A stretch of DNA of 46,474 nucleotides. It comes from an uncultured Chitinophagaceae bacterium (lineage in GTDB: Bacteria > Bacteroidota > Bacteroidia > Chitinophagales > Chitinophagaceae). Within the stretch, counting starts at the first letter, position 1; each line of letters starts with the position of its first letter. The notes under the pieces were generated by a model. The model saw only the letters and a list, made by a program, of their open reading frames with translations, was not told the origin of the DNA and searched no databases. Shown here piece by piece: positions 8,572 to 18,791 of this stretch. The stretch lies in assembly GCA_965649585.1 (NCBI GenBank), contig CBFGLL010000001.1:1-46474 (forward strand), in the 5' to 3' direction. The position numbers and the translations under genes are program-made.

Positions 8572-9657
8572 ATGAAACAGTTGCTCATTACAATAATAGC
8601 TCTCGGGATTGGCGGCCAGCTATTTTCGCAGACCTTGCAACGAAATAGAGATTGCGGCACCATTACCCCCGTTTCAAAACCATTAGTGACAGATGAGATG
8701 CGACAGCGTATCAATAGCAACAAGGTTTTGTATACAACCCCTTACCCACTCAAGGTTTTTATCATCGTATATGCAGATGACAACGGCACTAACCTGGCTG
8801 CTACGGAATTTGACGTGATGCGCCAGTTCGAAAACATGCGCATTGCTTATGCTCCGCACGATGTATGTTTTATTTTAGCAGGTTACGAAGTGCGTAACAG
8901 CACAGACCTCAACAATATGAACGTAGCTGAAGCAGACGACCTTTCGCAGGTAACAAATGCAGCCGTTGCAAATTGCTTTACACTCTTTGTACACAGAACA
9001 CTTGTGGACGGAGCAGATGGATTAAATGGCACTGCATACAATATTCCGAATCATTTTTTCTCGATGGGGGCAGGCGCTATCAATTCAACAACTAATTTAA
9101 GTACTATGCCCCATGAATTAGGTCATTGCCTTGGCTTGCTTCATACATTCGAAAGCTTCTACGGTGCAGAGAACAGGGCGAGGTCAGGGTCTTGCAAGGA
9201 TTGTGAAGACGATGGCGATCTATTATGTGATACTCAGGCGGACCGAAATGTAGATTCAGATCTTATCAATGCAAGTTGTGTTTATACAGGCTCTGCCACA
9301 GACGCCTGTGGGGAGGCTCTATTAATGGAAGAAACCAACATCATGACTTATGGGCGAAGGTCGTGCAGAGAGTTTTTTACTGCCGGGCAGAGAGGGAGAT
9401 TTACAGATTTTATTCTCAGCACTCACGAAAACAGGATCGCAGAAAACAACATCATTATTTTACCAAATTCATTTATTTCTGGGCGGATAACACATTCCGC
9501 CAGGTCATCGATTAGTTTTTCTCCCGGGGAATATTCCGTTTCCGGATCGGCAGCAGCAAACTTTTCAAGCAGGGCAATTACATTATCGCCTGGAGTTACA
9601 TTCTCGCCAGGGTCGGGCTATACTGTTGTAAGGGCTAATGGGGTGTATTGTCAATAG
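8572..9657 (+). CDS. Secreted M43 (pappalysin/ulilysin-like) zinc metalloprotease
   Basis: Signal peptide; CGT propeptide cysteine; HELGHCLGLLH (HEXXHXXGXXH); Met-turn NIMTY; FTAGQ. Confidence 0.85.
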   Translation: MKQLLITIIALGIGGQLFSQTLQRNRDCGTITPVSKPLVTDEMRQRINSNKVLYTTPYPLKVFIIVYADDNGTNLAATEFDVMRQFENMRIAYAPHDVCFILAGYEVRNSTDLNNMNVAEADDLSQVTNAAVANCFTLFVHRTLVDGADGLNGTAYNIPNHFFSMGAGAINSTTNLSTMPHELGHCLGLLHTFESFYGAENRARSGSCKDCEDDGDLLCDTQADRNVDSDLINASCVYTGSATDACGEALLMEETNIMTYGRRSCREFFTAGQRGRFTDFILSTHENRIAENNIIILPNSFISGRITHSARSSISFSPGEYSVSGSAAANFSSRAITLSPGVTFSPGSGYTVVRANGVYCQ

Positions 9658-9675
9658 TAGCTTTTTGGGAGAGCA

Positions 9676-10044
9676 TTATTTGGTTTTTTCAGCGAGCTCC
9701 TTCAACCTGAACTTTACAATTTTTGCGATAAGAGCCAGCGGCATTTTTTCGTCAATTGGAAATTGAACAGAACCTTTGCCCTGCTTGTATTTTGACAACT
9801 CTTTTACAAAAGCGGCATGCCCGGTTGGCGTTGCATAAAATCCGATATGTTTATCATATCCGGCGAAATAACACAGGGGTTTGCCGTTCATTTTATAGGC
9901 AGGCATTCCATAGCTGATTCCTTCCACCGCTTTGGGAGCCGATTTTTGCACAACCGCTCTGATTTCTTTTAATATCGATTGGGTGGATGCAGGAAATTGT
10001 TTGATATAAGCATCCACATCAGCAGCTATTTGTTGTTTCTGCAT
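9676..10044 (-). CDS. DUF1801/YdhG-like protein
   Basis: VDAYI...ISYGMPAY...HIGFY...KGSVQFP. Confidence 0.85.
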   Translation of the reverse strand: MQKQQIAADVDAYIKQFPASTQSILKEIRAVVQKSAPKAVEGISYGMPAYKMNGKPLCYFAGYDKHIGFYATPTGHAAFVKELSKYKQGKGSVQFPIDEKMPLALIAKIVKFRLKELAEKTK

Positions 10045-10058
10045 AAGGTTTAATTTAA

Positions 10059-10096
10059 GTAAGGTCGACCACCTTTCAAGAGGTGGTCGACCTTAC
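10059..10096. repeat. Perfect 16-bp-arm intergenic palindrome (REP-like)
   Basis: gtaaggtcgaccacct-ttcaag-aggtggtcgaccttac. Confidence 0.75.
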
Positions 10097-10105
10097 AGCA
10101 TTACT

Positions 10106-10540
10106 TTATTTATGTTGGTTGGCATTATAGCTCATCATCCAGTTGATGCCAAACCTGTCTGTACACATCCCAAAATAATCACCCCAAAAAGTATCTGCCA
10201 GGGGCATCGTGATATTTCCACCTTCTGCAAGCCCCTTAAAAATCCTGTCTGCATCCTCTTTTGAATCTGCTGATACAGATATTGAATAATTGTTTCCTAT
10301 CACAGTATGCGCTGCCCATTCACCGCCGGTATCGCTACCCATCAACTGGTTGCTGCCAATTGGCAACGACACATGCATGATCTTATTGGCATCCTCGGCA
10401 GGCATTGTCTTTCCTTCCTGCGGAGGCATTTCTCCAAACCTGCCGATATAAGTAAACTCGCCGCCAAATACAGATTTGTAATGATTGAAAGCTTCTTCAC
10501 AATTGCCTTTGAATGTTAAATAAGGATTGATCGATGTCAT
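10106..10540 (-). CDS. VOC/PhnB family protein
   Basis: Likely start MTSINPYLTFKGNCEEA; IMHVSL; FWGDYFGMCTDRFGINW. Confidence 0.9.
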   Translation of the reverse strand: MTSINPYLTFKGNCEEAFNHYKSVFGGEFTYIGRFGEMPPQEGKTMPAEDANKIMHVSLPIGSNQLMGSDTGGEWAAHTVIGNNYSISVSADSKEDADRIFKGLAEGGNITMPLADTFWGDYFGMCTDRFGINWMMSYNANQHK

Positions 10541-10577
10541 GACTATTCGTTTTATGATTAAAAATTGGAGAATCAAA

Positions 10578-11099
10578 TTAATATTTAATTTCCGCATTTA
10601 CATCATAACTCGTTCCCAGGTTGGCAATAGTTCTTCGCATCAAGGCCATCTGGCCCAGTAGATAGCTAGCCCTGTCTGTTGACATGCCCACCATGTTCAA
10701 TTTATTTTCTGGCAAAAAATCTACATTCATACCCATATCATATTTCTCCGCCAGTGTATCATCGGTTACTGAGAGCAATCTTTCGTACAATTTAGGAGAA
10801 ATAGAATGCCAGCTCTTTTTCAACTCTTCCAAGGATGGATAAGTTGCATTCGTATCCAAAGCTTTTCCCTCTTTGAAAAGATCATCATGCGGGTCTTTAT
10901 CTTCTATCCCGAGTAAGTTGGCGAGCCAGTAACGACTATTCACCAGGTTGCCTGCCATCCACAAAAAATGATTACTCCTTCCCTCTGCCCTTTTAGTTGC
11001 ATTCTCCGCACTCATATCCTTTAGCATATTGTCAAACATCTGTGTATGCCAGCGAAAAGCTGGTATGATTATCTCAAGTTGTTTTGATTGAGGGCTCAT
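10578..11099 (-). CDS. DinB family protein
   Basis: NHFLWMAGNL...YPSLEEL...SYLLGQMALMRR; DinB_2-like, with His ligands degenerate. Confidence 0.7.
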   Translation of the reverse strand: MSPQSKQLEIIIPAFRWHTQMFDNMLKDMSAENATKRAEGRSNHFLWMAGNLVNSRYWLANLLGIEDKDPHDDLFKEGKALDTNATYPSLEELKKSWHSISPKLYERLLSVTDDTLAEKYDMGMNVDFLPENKLNMVGMSTDRASYLLGQMALMRRTIANLGTSYDVNAEIKY

Positions 11100-11111
11100 A
11101 ACGATCTGTTT

Positions 11112-11480
11112 TTATGATGAAATAATATTTTTGTTTCGCTGAACCAGGTAGGATGTAAGCTTTTTTATTTTCTCCCCTTCAAATTCAAATACATCGCAAA
11201 ACACCATGTCTAATACCGGCCCTCCTTTCAATTTGCTTTTCACGGTTCCTTCAACAATCACCACGTTATCTTCCTGTACCATTCGCAGTTCGGTGATGTC
11301 CGGCTTGCCTTCAAATGCATCGTTCTCTATTTCCTGATCAAACGCCTCTTTTCCCTGCAATTGAGTGTGACCGGGAATATCCCAGGTAATATCATCTGTA
11401 AGACAATCCAGGATTTTTGCATGGTCGCTCACTTTAAAGCCATCCATATATTGTCTGACAACCTGTTTTTGCTTCGTCAT
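11112..11480 (-). CDS. SnoaL/NTF2-like family protein
   Basis: LTDDITWDIPG...GKEA...FCDVFEFEGEKIK. Confidence 0.85.
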   Translation of the reverse strand: MTKQKQVVRQYMDGFKVSDHAKILDCLTDDITWDIPGHTQLQGKEAFDQEIENDAFEGKPDITELRMVQEDNVVIVEGTVKSKLKGGPVLDMVFCDVFEFEGEKIKKLTSYLVQRNKNIISS

Positions 11481-11519
11481 AATAAATTTACTATTTACCT
11501 ACATTTTGTTGACCTTCAT

Positions 11520-12167
11520 TTATGCTTCAGCCAACACTCTTTCAATTCGTTCCTTTAAATCTTCATAGTTCGTAAAGCCCCTTGCCACCATCACAAATTT
11601 CAGGTCATCTGTTTGAATAAACACGCAGGGGTAACCCGTGACTTGTAATTGTTTCATCAAAGAAAATTCATAATATGCCATCTCCTTATATTCATCAGAT
11701 GCCAGGCGCTCATAGAACAATTCAGGTTGGATGCTATATTTTTCCAGCAAGTGACGATAAGCTTCATCATCCGTAAGATCCCGGCCTTCATAATGCAGGG
11801 CATATTGCAGGTCTGCGGCAAATTCTACTGCTCTTTCCGGGTAAAACTCCTTGAAGATACACATGGCGATGGCAGGTTTTTCTGAATTGGGATACCAGTC
11901 GCTTTCTTCCGGGTTGTTGATATGCCAGAGATAATCTTCCCCGAATTTAATACCCGAGAGCTCCTCAACATTTTTATACGCTTTTGAAATATAGCCTGCA
12001 GATGCAGCAATATGAACAGGCTTTTCCGGCAGTATCATTCCGCCGCTCAAAACTTCGGCATCCATCCTGTCTTTATATTCCTCCGCAATTTTTTTTATTA
12101 CAGGGCTGAATCCATAACACCATCCGCAATAAGCATCATAACAATAAATCAGTACAGGTCGGTTCAT
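11520..12167 (-). CDS. DsbA family (thioredoxin-fold) protein
   Basis: Likely start MNRPV; YDAYCGWCYGF (CXXC); VTGYP cis-Pro loop. Confidence 0.88.
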   Translation of the reverse strand: MNRPVLIYCYDAYCGWCYGFSPVIKKIAEEYKDRMDAEVLSGGMILPEKPVHIAASAGYISKAYKNVEELSGIKFGEDYLWHINNPEESDWYPNSEKPAIAMCIFKEFYPERAVEFAADLQYALHYEGRDLTDDEAYRHLLEKYSIQPELFYERLASDEYKEMAYYEFSLMKQLQVTGYPCVFIQTDDLKFVMVARGFTNYEDLKERIERVLAEA

Positions 12168-12234
12168 ATCGTTTGTATAAATAAATCGCCCCGGCCCTAT
12201 CTGAACCGGGACGACAAATTTAAACAAGCATCTA

Positions 12235-12903
12235 CTATCTTTTTGTGTATTTTATTTCCATCATTTTATATTCCTTTCCATCAGGGCCCGGGCCATACAT
12301 TTCAAACATCTGCGTTTTATCATCAATGATGGTGATCACTTCACGCATGTCCATCATTTTGCCGGTACCCATAGAGGGATCTACACTTTGGCCTGCCATG
12401 CTGAGTTTTTTATTGGTGGAGTCATAAGTGCCCTCCATCATCATCAGGCCTGTGCCCATATTGTCGATCCAGGTGCTCAAAAACTTTTTCCTTGCATTGT
12501 CATATGCCATGGTACTCTCACCGTTAAATGGTGCCCCCATCATAGTTCCTTTTAATACGCTCCTGTGATAGCGACCGCCCATAATTGTTGTATTTACACT
12601 TGTGGCCTTACTTTTTTGAGGAGGCATACCGGGGTTAAACATCGTCACCTCTGCATCCCAGGTACCATTCCAACCAGACATCAAACTGTGCATTGGGCCC
12701 GGCGTTGCGTAGTCCATCCAGTTTTTCATCATGGTGGCCGAATCAGGCATGGTTACCGTTGCGGCACTGCTGCCGGTGTCGGTGTTAATGGCTGTACTGG
12801 TATCAGTGGCTGTAGTGGCTGTCTCTTCCTTTTTATCATCGTTGGAAGTACAGGAAACAAAAGCTAGCGTAATTAAGCAAGCAGCGAAAAAACTTCTTTT
12901 CAT
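12235..12903 (-). CDS. DUF1579 domain lipoprotein
   Basis: Lipobox FVSC; Thr-rich linker; TPGPMH...GTWD...YDN...STWIDNMGTG. Confidence 0.8.
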   Translation of the reverse strand: MKRSFFAACLITLAFVSCTSNDDKKEETATTATDTSTAINTDTGSSAATVTMPDSATMMKNWMDYATPGPMHSLMSGWNGTWDAEVTMFNPGMPPQKSKATSVNTTIMGGRYHRSVLKGTMMGAPFNGESTMAYDNARKKFLSTWIDNMGTGLMMMEGTYDSTNKKLSMAGQSVDPSMGTGKMMDMREVITIIDDKTQMFEMYGPGPDGKEYKMMEIKYTKR

Positions 12904-12986
12904 AAATTATAATTTTTGGTGCTATAAGATATAAAAATGTTTGCCGCATTTCCAAGTACATTTTGATAATTGGAAAAAGTTCTACC

Positions 12987-15422
12987 CTATTTTTTCTGTT
13001 TATAAAATTTTTTGAAGAGGTCTAATGAAAACCTGATATTACCATCCTGCCCGGGCTGTCCCCGCAGGAATATACTTGTGCCCGTTTTTGCATCTACGCC
13101 TTTATTTTTTGGAATATAGTCATCCTTCCGCTTTTTTAGGTTGCTGAGCGGCACCTGCACACTGATATCCGTATTTCCCTTTGTGCTGTAAACTCCTTCA
13201 ACAAACAAGGAAATAACATTGGATTGTATTTCCATCCGGTCAATATGTATCTCACGGTTTTTAACGGTAAGCGTATTTTTTAGCTCTGCAAAACGAACAT
13301 TATCAAAATCTCTTTTTTTAAAGGCTACGTCCTGGATCTTTTTGATAGGTTCAAAATTTTTCAACGTACCATTCTTTAGCGAAAAACGGATGCTGCTGTT
13401 GATAGTTTCGGGCAATACTTTGCCGGCGTCAGTGATACCAATACTACTTTTGATATCTGCCGTGAGTTTGCCATCGATATTAGATGCGGTAATGGCGTCC
13501 TGCCCGAAGTTTTCAAAAGCCGTGAGGATCTCGGATACATCTACGTTGTTCAGTTTTGCATTAAGCTGGGCGATATTCCTTAGCGAAGCAGCCTGCAGCA
13601 AAGACCCATCAAACTGCAACGTTCCGCCGGCGTGGTTCATGCTGATATTTTTAAACAGGTACCTGTCCTGCAGCATCATCATTTCAGCAGCAAGGTTGGA
13701 AGCCTTGAATTTTTTGTAGATCACATTATTGGCTTTCACGGATACATTGAGTGACCCGTCTTCAAGCAACCGGTCGATTTTATCTGCGGCCCCGGCTATC
13801 GTGCCTTTGCCTGCTTTTTTCTTTTGCCTGTTTGCAGACTTCTGTTTTAATAAAAACAAGAAGTCGCCGAGGTTAATACCGGGTGTAAAAATATTCCAGT
13901 CGATTACAGCAGTGGAGGGCGCCGTATTAAGCAGGGTGAGCAATTGTTTTCCGCTGCCACTCATTTGTACACTAGTATTAAAAACATTGCAGTTTAATCG
14001 CTCTACCAGCACATCAGAGTTTTTAAAACTGATGCGCCCGTTTACATTGTTGAGCATTACATTACGAGGTGCATATAAAATATTGCCATCCATTACATTA
14101 ATGTATCCGGATATCAGGCTGTTAGTTGCCTCGTTTCTCACAATGGGTCCCTGGTAGTTCAATAAAATATCTGCGTTACCTCTTTGTAGGTCGAGCACAT
14201 TACTTTGCAGGCTTTCGTTGATAGATGGCAGAGAGAAAACAGAGCGCAGGGAAGTTGTGAGCAGGGGATCCTGCAGGTTGATCATTTCAATAACCGGCAT
14301 TTTTATAGGCAGGCCATGCCAGGAGGCCACGAAATTATGCAACACAATTTTTGAGTTTGGATCGCCGGGAGGAAGCCCAGGGATCAGCTGGTTCTGAAAT
14401 GAGCCAGTAAAAGAAGCTTTTTCGAAATCTAAAAAAGGGGTGGCCAGATCTGTTTGCCTGGCGGACCAAAACACATTTACCAGGGGCTCCCCAGCTTTTA
14501 AAGGACCTTGCACAACCACCCTGGCATCCAGTGGACCATTGGCCTGGATGATAGATAAACTTTTTGAAATTTTCTGCGGCAACAAGGAACGCACTTTTTC
14601 ATACATGATGTTTTTTGTATGGAGGCGCAGTGAAAATTGTGGAAAGGGTTTATTAAAATTAAAATAACCTGTTACATTAAATGGATGGCCATCTAATTTA
14701 ATGTTGATACTGTCGAATAGCAGCCGTCGATCTTTTGAAAACAGATCGAACTCACCCTGCATCAATGTATTTTTGAGATAGGCGCCTTTACGCCAGTTAA
14801 ATCCCAACTGCCCGATCCTGATATCAGCTTTGGTGTGCAACCGCATGCCGCCGTTTTCGTCCAGCAATTTTACATCTACATCATTTGCCAGCAGCACATG
14901 ATTTTTCCTGCGCTTGCGATCATTCAGTTTAACGATCACATTTTTTAAAGAGAGTTTTCGCAATGGCGTGGAAGTGGAAGACTTGCCAGGGGCCTGTTTA
15001 TTGGTTTTAAACACAGACTGGTTTGAATAGCCCGATGTATCGGTAAAGATGTTGACGGTAGCGTTGGCCACCGAGATTTTAGTGAGCGCCGGTTTTTGTA
15101 ATAAAAGGTTATAAATATTTACCCTGGCATCTATTTTTTCAGCCTGTAAAAAAACCTCCTTGTGCTGCGGGTATAATGAATCTGTGATGGTAACCTGCTT
15201 AAGCGCTACGCCGATACCGGGAAGGTTGGCAAATAAACTGAGGTCAACATCCTTGCTGGTAAGTGTGCCATTGATGTTATCATTGAGCATTGCGACCAAC
15301 TGGTCGGCAACCTTTTTTTTGTTGAAAGCAATATATATGGCCGCCAAACTGTACAGCAACATGTAGGTACCTAAAACAAAGATCAATATGCGGCCGCCTA
15401 ATTTCAGGTACTTTTTTGTCAT
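12987..15422 (-). CDS. AsmA family protein
   Basis: N-terminal TM anchor, long beta-rich body, AsmA-like C-terminus. Confidence 0.8.
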   Translation of the reverse strand: MTKKYLKLGGRILIFVLGTYMLLYSLAAIYIAFNKKKVADQLVAMLNDNINGTLTSKDVDLSLFANLPGIGVALKQVTITDSLYPQHKEVFLQAEKIDARVNIYNLLLQKPALTKISVANATVNIFTDTSGYSNQSVFKTNKQAPGKSSTSTPLRKLSLKNVIVKLNDRKRRKNHVLLANDVDVKLLDENGGMRLHTKADIRIGQLGFNWRKGAYLKNTLMQGEFDLFSKDRRLLFDSINIKLDGHPFNVTGYFNFNKPFPQFSLRLHTKNIMYEKVRSLLPQKISKSLSIIQANGPLDARVVVQGPLKAGEPLVNVFWSARQTDLATPFLDFEKASFTGSFQNQLIPGLPPGDPNSKIVLHNFVASWHGLPIKMPVIEMINLQDPLLTTSLRSVFSLPSINESLQSNVLDLQRGNADILLNYQGPIVRNEATNSLISGYINVMDGNILYAPRNVMLNNVNGRISFKNSDVLVERLNCNVFNTSVQMSGSGKQLLTLLNTAPSTAVIDWNIFTPGINLGDFLFLLKQKSANRQKKKAGKGTIAGAADKIDRLLEDGSLNVSVKANNVIYKKFKASNLAAEMMMLQDRYLFKNISMNHAGGTLQFDGSLLQAASLRNIAQLNAKLNNVDVSEILTAFENFGQDAITASNIDGKLTADIKSSIGITDAGKVLPETINSSIRFSLKNGTLKNFEPIKKIQDVAFKKRDFDNVRFAELKNTLTVKNREIHIDRMEIQSNVISLFVEGVYSTKGNTDISVQVPLSNLKKRKDDYIPKNKGVDAKTGTSIFLRGQPGQDGNIRFSLDLFKKFYKQKK

Positions 15423-15479
15423 CTGCTAAGATTCAGGTATGGTACCAAATCAAATGTCGCTCCAAAACCTTGGGACAGC

Positions 15480-18311
15480 TTAATGCGCCTGCAGCCAGTT
15501 GGGACCGGAGCCCAATTCTGCATCAGTGGGTACATTATTGGGCAATGCGAGCGCCGTTTGCATATTATCCAAAATAAGTGGCTTCATCAGCTCCAACTCA
15601 TCTTTATGTACATCAAACACCAATTCATCATGCACCTGCAGCAACATTTTACTTTTTACCCCGGCCGCTTGCATAGCAGCATCGATCTTTATCATCGCCA
15701 TTTTTATCATATCGGCCGCTGTGCCCTGGATGGGTGAATTAATAGCATTTCTTTCGGCAAACCCACGTACGGTAAAGTTGGCACTGTTGATATCTCTTAA
15801 CCAGCGTTTGCGCCCCATCAATGTTTCTACGTATCCATTTTCTTTTGCAAAACGAATGGTATCATCCATGTACTGCTGGATATTGGGGAACTGCTTTTTA
15901 TAATTATCAATAATTTCTTTTGCCTCCGATCTGGAAATGCCCAGGTTTTCTGCAAGGCCAAATGCACCCTGCCCGTAGATGATACCGAAGTTTACGCTCT
16001 TTGCTTTGTAACGCATTTCTTTGGTCACATCCTTTTCATCTACGCCAAACACTTTTGCTGCAGTGGCAGTATGGATATCCCGGCCCGATTTAAAGGCTTC
16101 GCACATATTTACATCGGCACTGATGGCAGCAACGATGCGCAGTTCTATCTGAGAATAGTCAGCAGATACCAACACATAATTTTCATCCCTCGGTAAAAAT
16201 GCCTTTCGTATTTCCCGGCCCTTATCTGTTCTTATGGGAATGTTCTGGAGATTGGGATTGTTGCTGGCCAGGCGGCCTGTTACCGCTACTGCCTGTGCGT
16301 AGCTGGTGTGCACCCTTCCTGTTTTAGGATTGATCAGCTGCGGCAGGGCATCTACATAAGTGGATTTTAATTTAGTAAGTTCCCTGAAAGTTAATATGTC
16401 GTTGCAGATCTCATGTTGGTTTGCCAGTTTGGTCAAAACATCTTCCCCGGTAGCATACTGACCGGTCTTTGTTTTTTTTGCCTTAGGATCAAGTTGCAGT
16501 TTTTCAAACAATACTTCACCGAGTTGTTTAGGCGAAGCAAGATTGAAACGTACTCCTGCAGCAGCGTATACTTTTTCTTCCGCAAGTTTTGCATCTGTTT
16601 CCAGTTCTTTAGAATAAGAATGGAGAAATGCTTCATCTATCCTGACACCTTCAAACTCCATGCTGGTGAGTACTTTCACCAATGGGTTTTCTACATCGTT
16701 AAATACTTTTTCTACTCCCTTTGTTTTTAACAAGGGCGCAAAAACATTTTTTAATTGTAAAGTGATATCCGCATCTTCAACCGCATACTCTTTTGCTTTG
16801 TCAATTTCCACGTCACGCATATTACCCTGCCCCTTACCTTTTTTACCGATCAACTCTTCAATATGGATCGGTTCATAACCCAGGTATTTTGCACTCAGCA
16901 GGTCCATGCTGCGTTTACCATCGGGTTCAATTACATAATGGGCGAGCATGGTATCAAATACTTTACCCGCAATGCTGGTATTGTACCATTTCAATATCAG
17001 CAGATCGTATTTGATATTCTGGCCAATCCAGGTTTTAGTACTGTCTGAAAATACAGGAGCTAACTGGGCCAGGATTTTTTCGGTGACCGTCCTGTCTGCC
17101 GGGCAGGGTATGTAAAATCCCTCGCCGGGTTTTACTGAAAAGCTAAGCCCCACCAATTCTGCCAGGTTTGCATCAATATTGGTGGTTTCTGTGTCAAAAC
17201 AAATCTCTGTATGCTGCTGCAGTAATTTTACAAGTTCAGCAATGCCTGCCTCATCATTCATCAGCTGGTAATTGTGAGCAGTGTTATGAATGTTTTTATC
17301 AACCGTGGTAAAAGTGGATTCTTCCTCCTCGGTTACTGCGGCGGCTACTGGTGCTGCGGCGGCGGGCGCTGCGTTGCCGAAAAGATCCATTTGTCCAGCA
17401 GCCGGAGGAGCAGGTTCGCCGGGCGAAACCGGGCCGATATCTTCTCCCAATACTCTTTTGCCAACAGTTTTAAATTCGAGCTCGGTAAATAATTCTCTCA
17501 GTGCATCCCGGTTCCAATCTTTTAATCCAAAATCTTCTTCATGAAATTCCACCGGTACATTGGTGATGATGGTGGCAAGTTTTTTACTCATGATAGCCAG
17601 CTCTTTTCCATTGCGCACTTTTTCGCCTAAGGCACCTTTTATTTTATCCGCATTTTCTAAAATATTTTCAAGCGTACCATATTCTTTTAAAAGTTTTGCG
17701 GCCGTTTTTTCTCCCACGCCGGGAATACCTGGGATATTATCTACTGAGTCTCCCATTAAACCAAGCACATCAATTACCTGGTTCACATTTTCGATATCCC
17801 ATTTTGCGCAAACTTCTTTTGGACCAAGAATTTCCAGGGTTCCGCCCTGGTAGGGTGGTTTATAAATTTTGATGTGTTCTGTTACCAGCTGGCCGTAATC
17901 TTTGTCGGGGGTGACCATATACACGTCGTAGCCTGCTTTTTCCGCCTGCCGGGCAAGGGTTCCTATCACGTCATCGGCTTCGAAACCATCTTTTTCAATA
18001 CAGGGAATATTGAATGCTTTGATCATTCTTTTGATATCAGGTACTGCAGCGCTGATATCTTCAGGGGTTTCCTGGCGATTGGCCTTGTAATCTGCAAAAT
18101 CCGTATGGCGTTCGGTAGCAGCAGCAGTGTCGAAGCACACTGCCATATGAGTCGGCTTTTGATTATTGATAAGATCAGTAAGGGTATTCAAAAACCCAAA
18201 CTGGGCATTGGTGTTTTTTCCTTTTGTTGTAATTCGGGGACTGCGGATCAACGCATAATAAGCCCTGAATACAAGGGCGTATGCATCGAGGAGGAATAAC
18301 TTTTTAGACAT
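15480..18311 (-). CDS. polA: DNA polymerase I
   Basis: 5'-3' exonuclease LLDAYALVFRAYY; 3'-5' exonuclease FDTET/NIKYD/YAVED; polymerase ADYSQIELR, KSVNFGIIYG, LQVHDEL. Start MSKKLF at 18311. Confidence 0.98.
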   Translation of the reverse strand: MSKKLFLLDAYALVFRAYYALIRSPRITTKGKNTNAQFGFLNTLTDLINNQKPTHMAVCFDTAAATERHTDFADYKANRQETPEDISAAVPDIKRMIKAFNIPCIEKDGFEADDVIGTLARQAEKAGYDVYMVTPDKDYGQLVTEHIKIYKPPYQGGTLEILGPKEVCAKWDIENVNQVIDVLGLMGDSVDNIPGIPGVGEKTAAKLLKEYGTLENILENADKIKGALGEKVRNGKELAIMSKKLATIITNVPVEFHEEDFGLKDWNRDALRELFTELEFKTVGKRVLGEDIGPVSPGEPAPPAAGQMDLFGNAAPAAAAPVAAAVTEEEESTFTTVDKNIHNTAHNYQLMNDEAGIAELVKLLQQHTEICFDTETTNIDANLAELVGLSFSVKPGEGFYIPCPADRTVTEKILAQLAPVFSDSTKTWIGQNIKYDLLILKWYNTSIAGKVFDTMLAHYVIEPDGKRSMDLLSAKYLGYEPIHIEELIGKKGKGQGNMRDVEIDKAKEYAVEDADITLQLKNVFAPLLKTKGVEKVFNDVENPLVKVLTSMEFEGVRIDEAFLHSYSKELETDAKLAEEKVYAAAGVRFNLASPKQLGEVLFEKLQLDPKAKKTKTGQYATGEDVLTKLANQHEICNDILTFRELTKLKSTYVDALPQLINPKTGRVHTSYAQAVAVTGRLASNNPNLQNIPIRTDKGREIRKAFLPRDENYVLVSADYSQIELRIVAAISADVNMCEAFKSGRDIHTATAAKVFGVDEKDVTKEMRYKAKSVNFGIIYGQGAFGLAENLGISRSEAKEIIDNYKKQFPNIQQYMDDTIRFAKENGYVETLMGRKRWLRDINSANFTVRGFAERNAINSPIQGTAADMIKMAMIKIDAAMQAAGVKSKMLLQVHDELVFDVHKDELELMKPLILDNMQTALALPNNVPTDAELGSGPNWLQAH

Positions 18312-18315
18312 GTTA

Positions 18316-18323
18316 CAAATGTA
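18316..18323 (-). promoter_or_regulatory. -7 promoter element 4 nt before the polA ATG
   Basis: TACATTTG-TAAC-ATG. Confidence 0.6.
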
Positions 18324-18368
18324 ACTATTGGGGCGCAAATGCTGCCTGCGGAAATTGATGGAACTTCG

Positions 18369-18782
18369 CTAGCATGAATTTACGATAACAGCCAGCCAAA
18401 TGAGGAATGAAACAGCAATAAGTATCAGCCTTTGCCAAATCTTTCTTCTGTAACCATAATCCTGCAGCCTTACAAATTCGGAAAGTAAATTCTTAAAAAA
18501 TATCAATGTCAATGGAAATGTTAGTATAACAATGGCAGCTTCTTTCCATGAGTAACCTTCAGTGGAATTCTGTTCCTTCTGTAGCCTGGTTCTTTCAAGG
18601 CTTCTGGCAATTATTGTTTGACGCTGTCTAATCCCCACTTCAACCTGTTTCACACTATAGCTACGATTCAGTAATTCTTGGTAAGCCACCTGCCTTGCTT
18701 CGGCGGTCCATTTCTCTTCGTTGCTTGCAATGTTAAACAGTTGCTTGTCACCAAGTTTTGCATATTGTCCAGGAAGATCCAT
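18369..18782 (-). CDS. Hypothetical membrane protein
   Basis: 137 aa with two C-terminal hydrophobic helices; directly downstream of metH. Confidence 0.65.
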   Translation of the reverse strand: MDLPGQYAKLGDKQLFNIASNEEKWTAEARQVAYQELLNRSYSVKQVEVGIRQRQTIIARSLERTRLQKEQNSTEGYSWKEAAIVILTFPLTLIFFKNLLSEFVRLQDYGYRRKIWQRLILIAVSFLIWLAVIVNSC

Positions 18783-18791
18783 AAGAATGAT

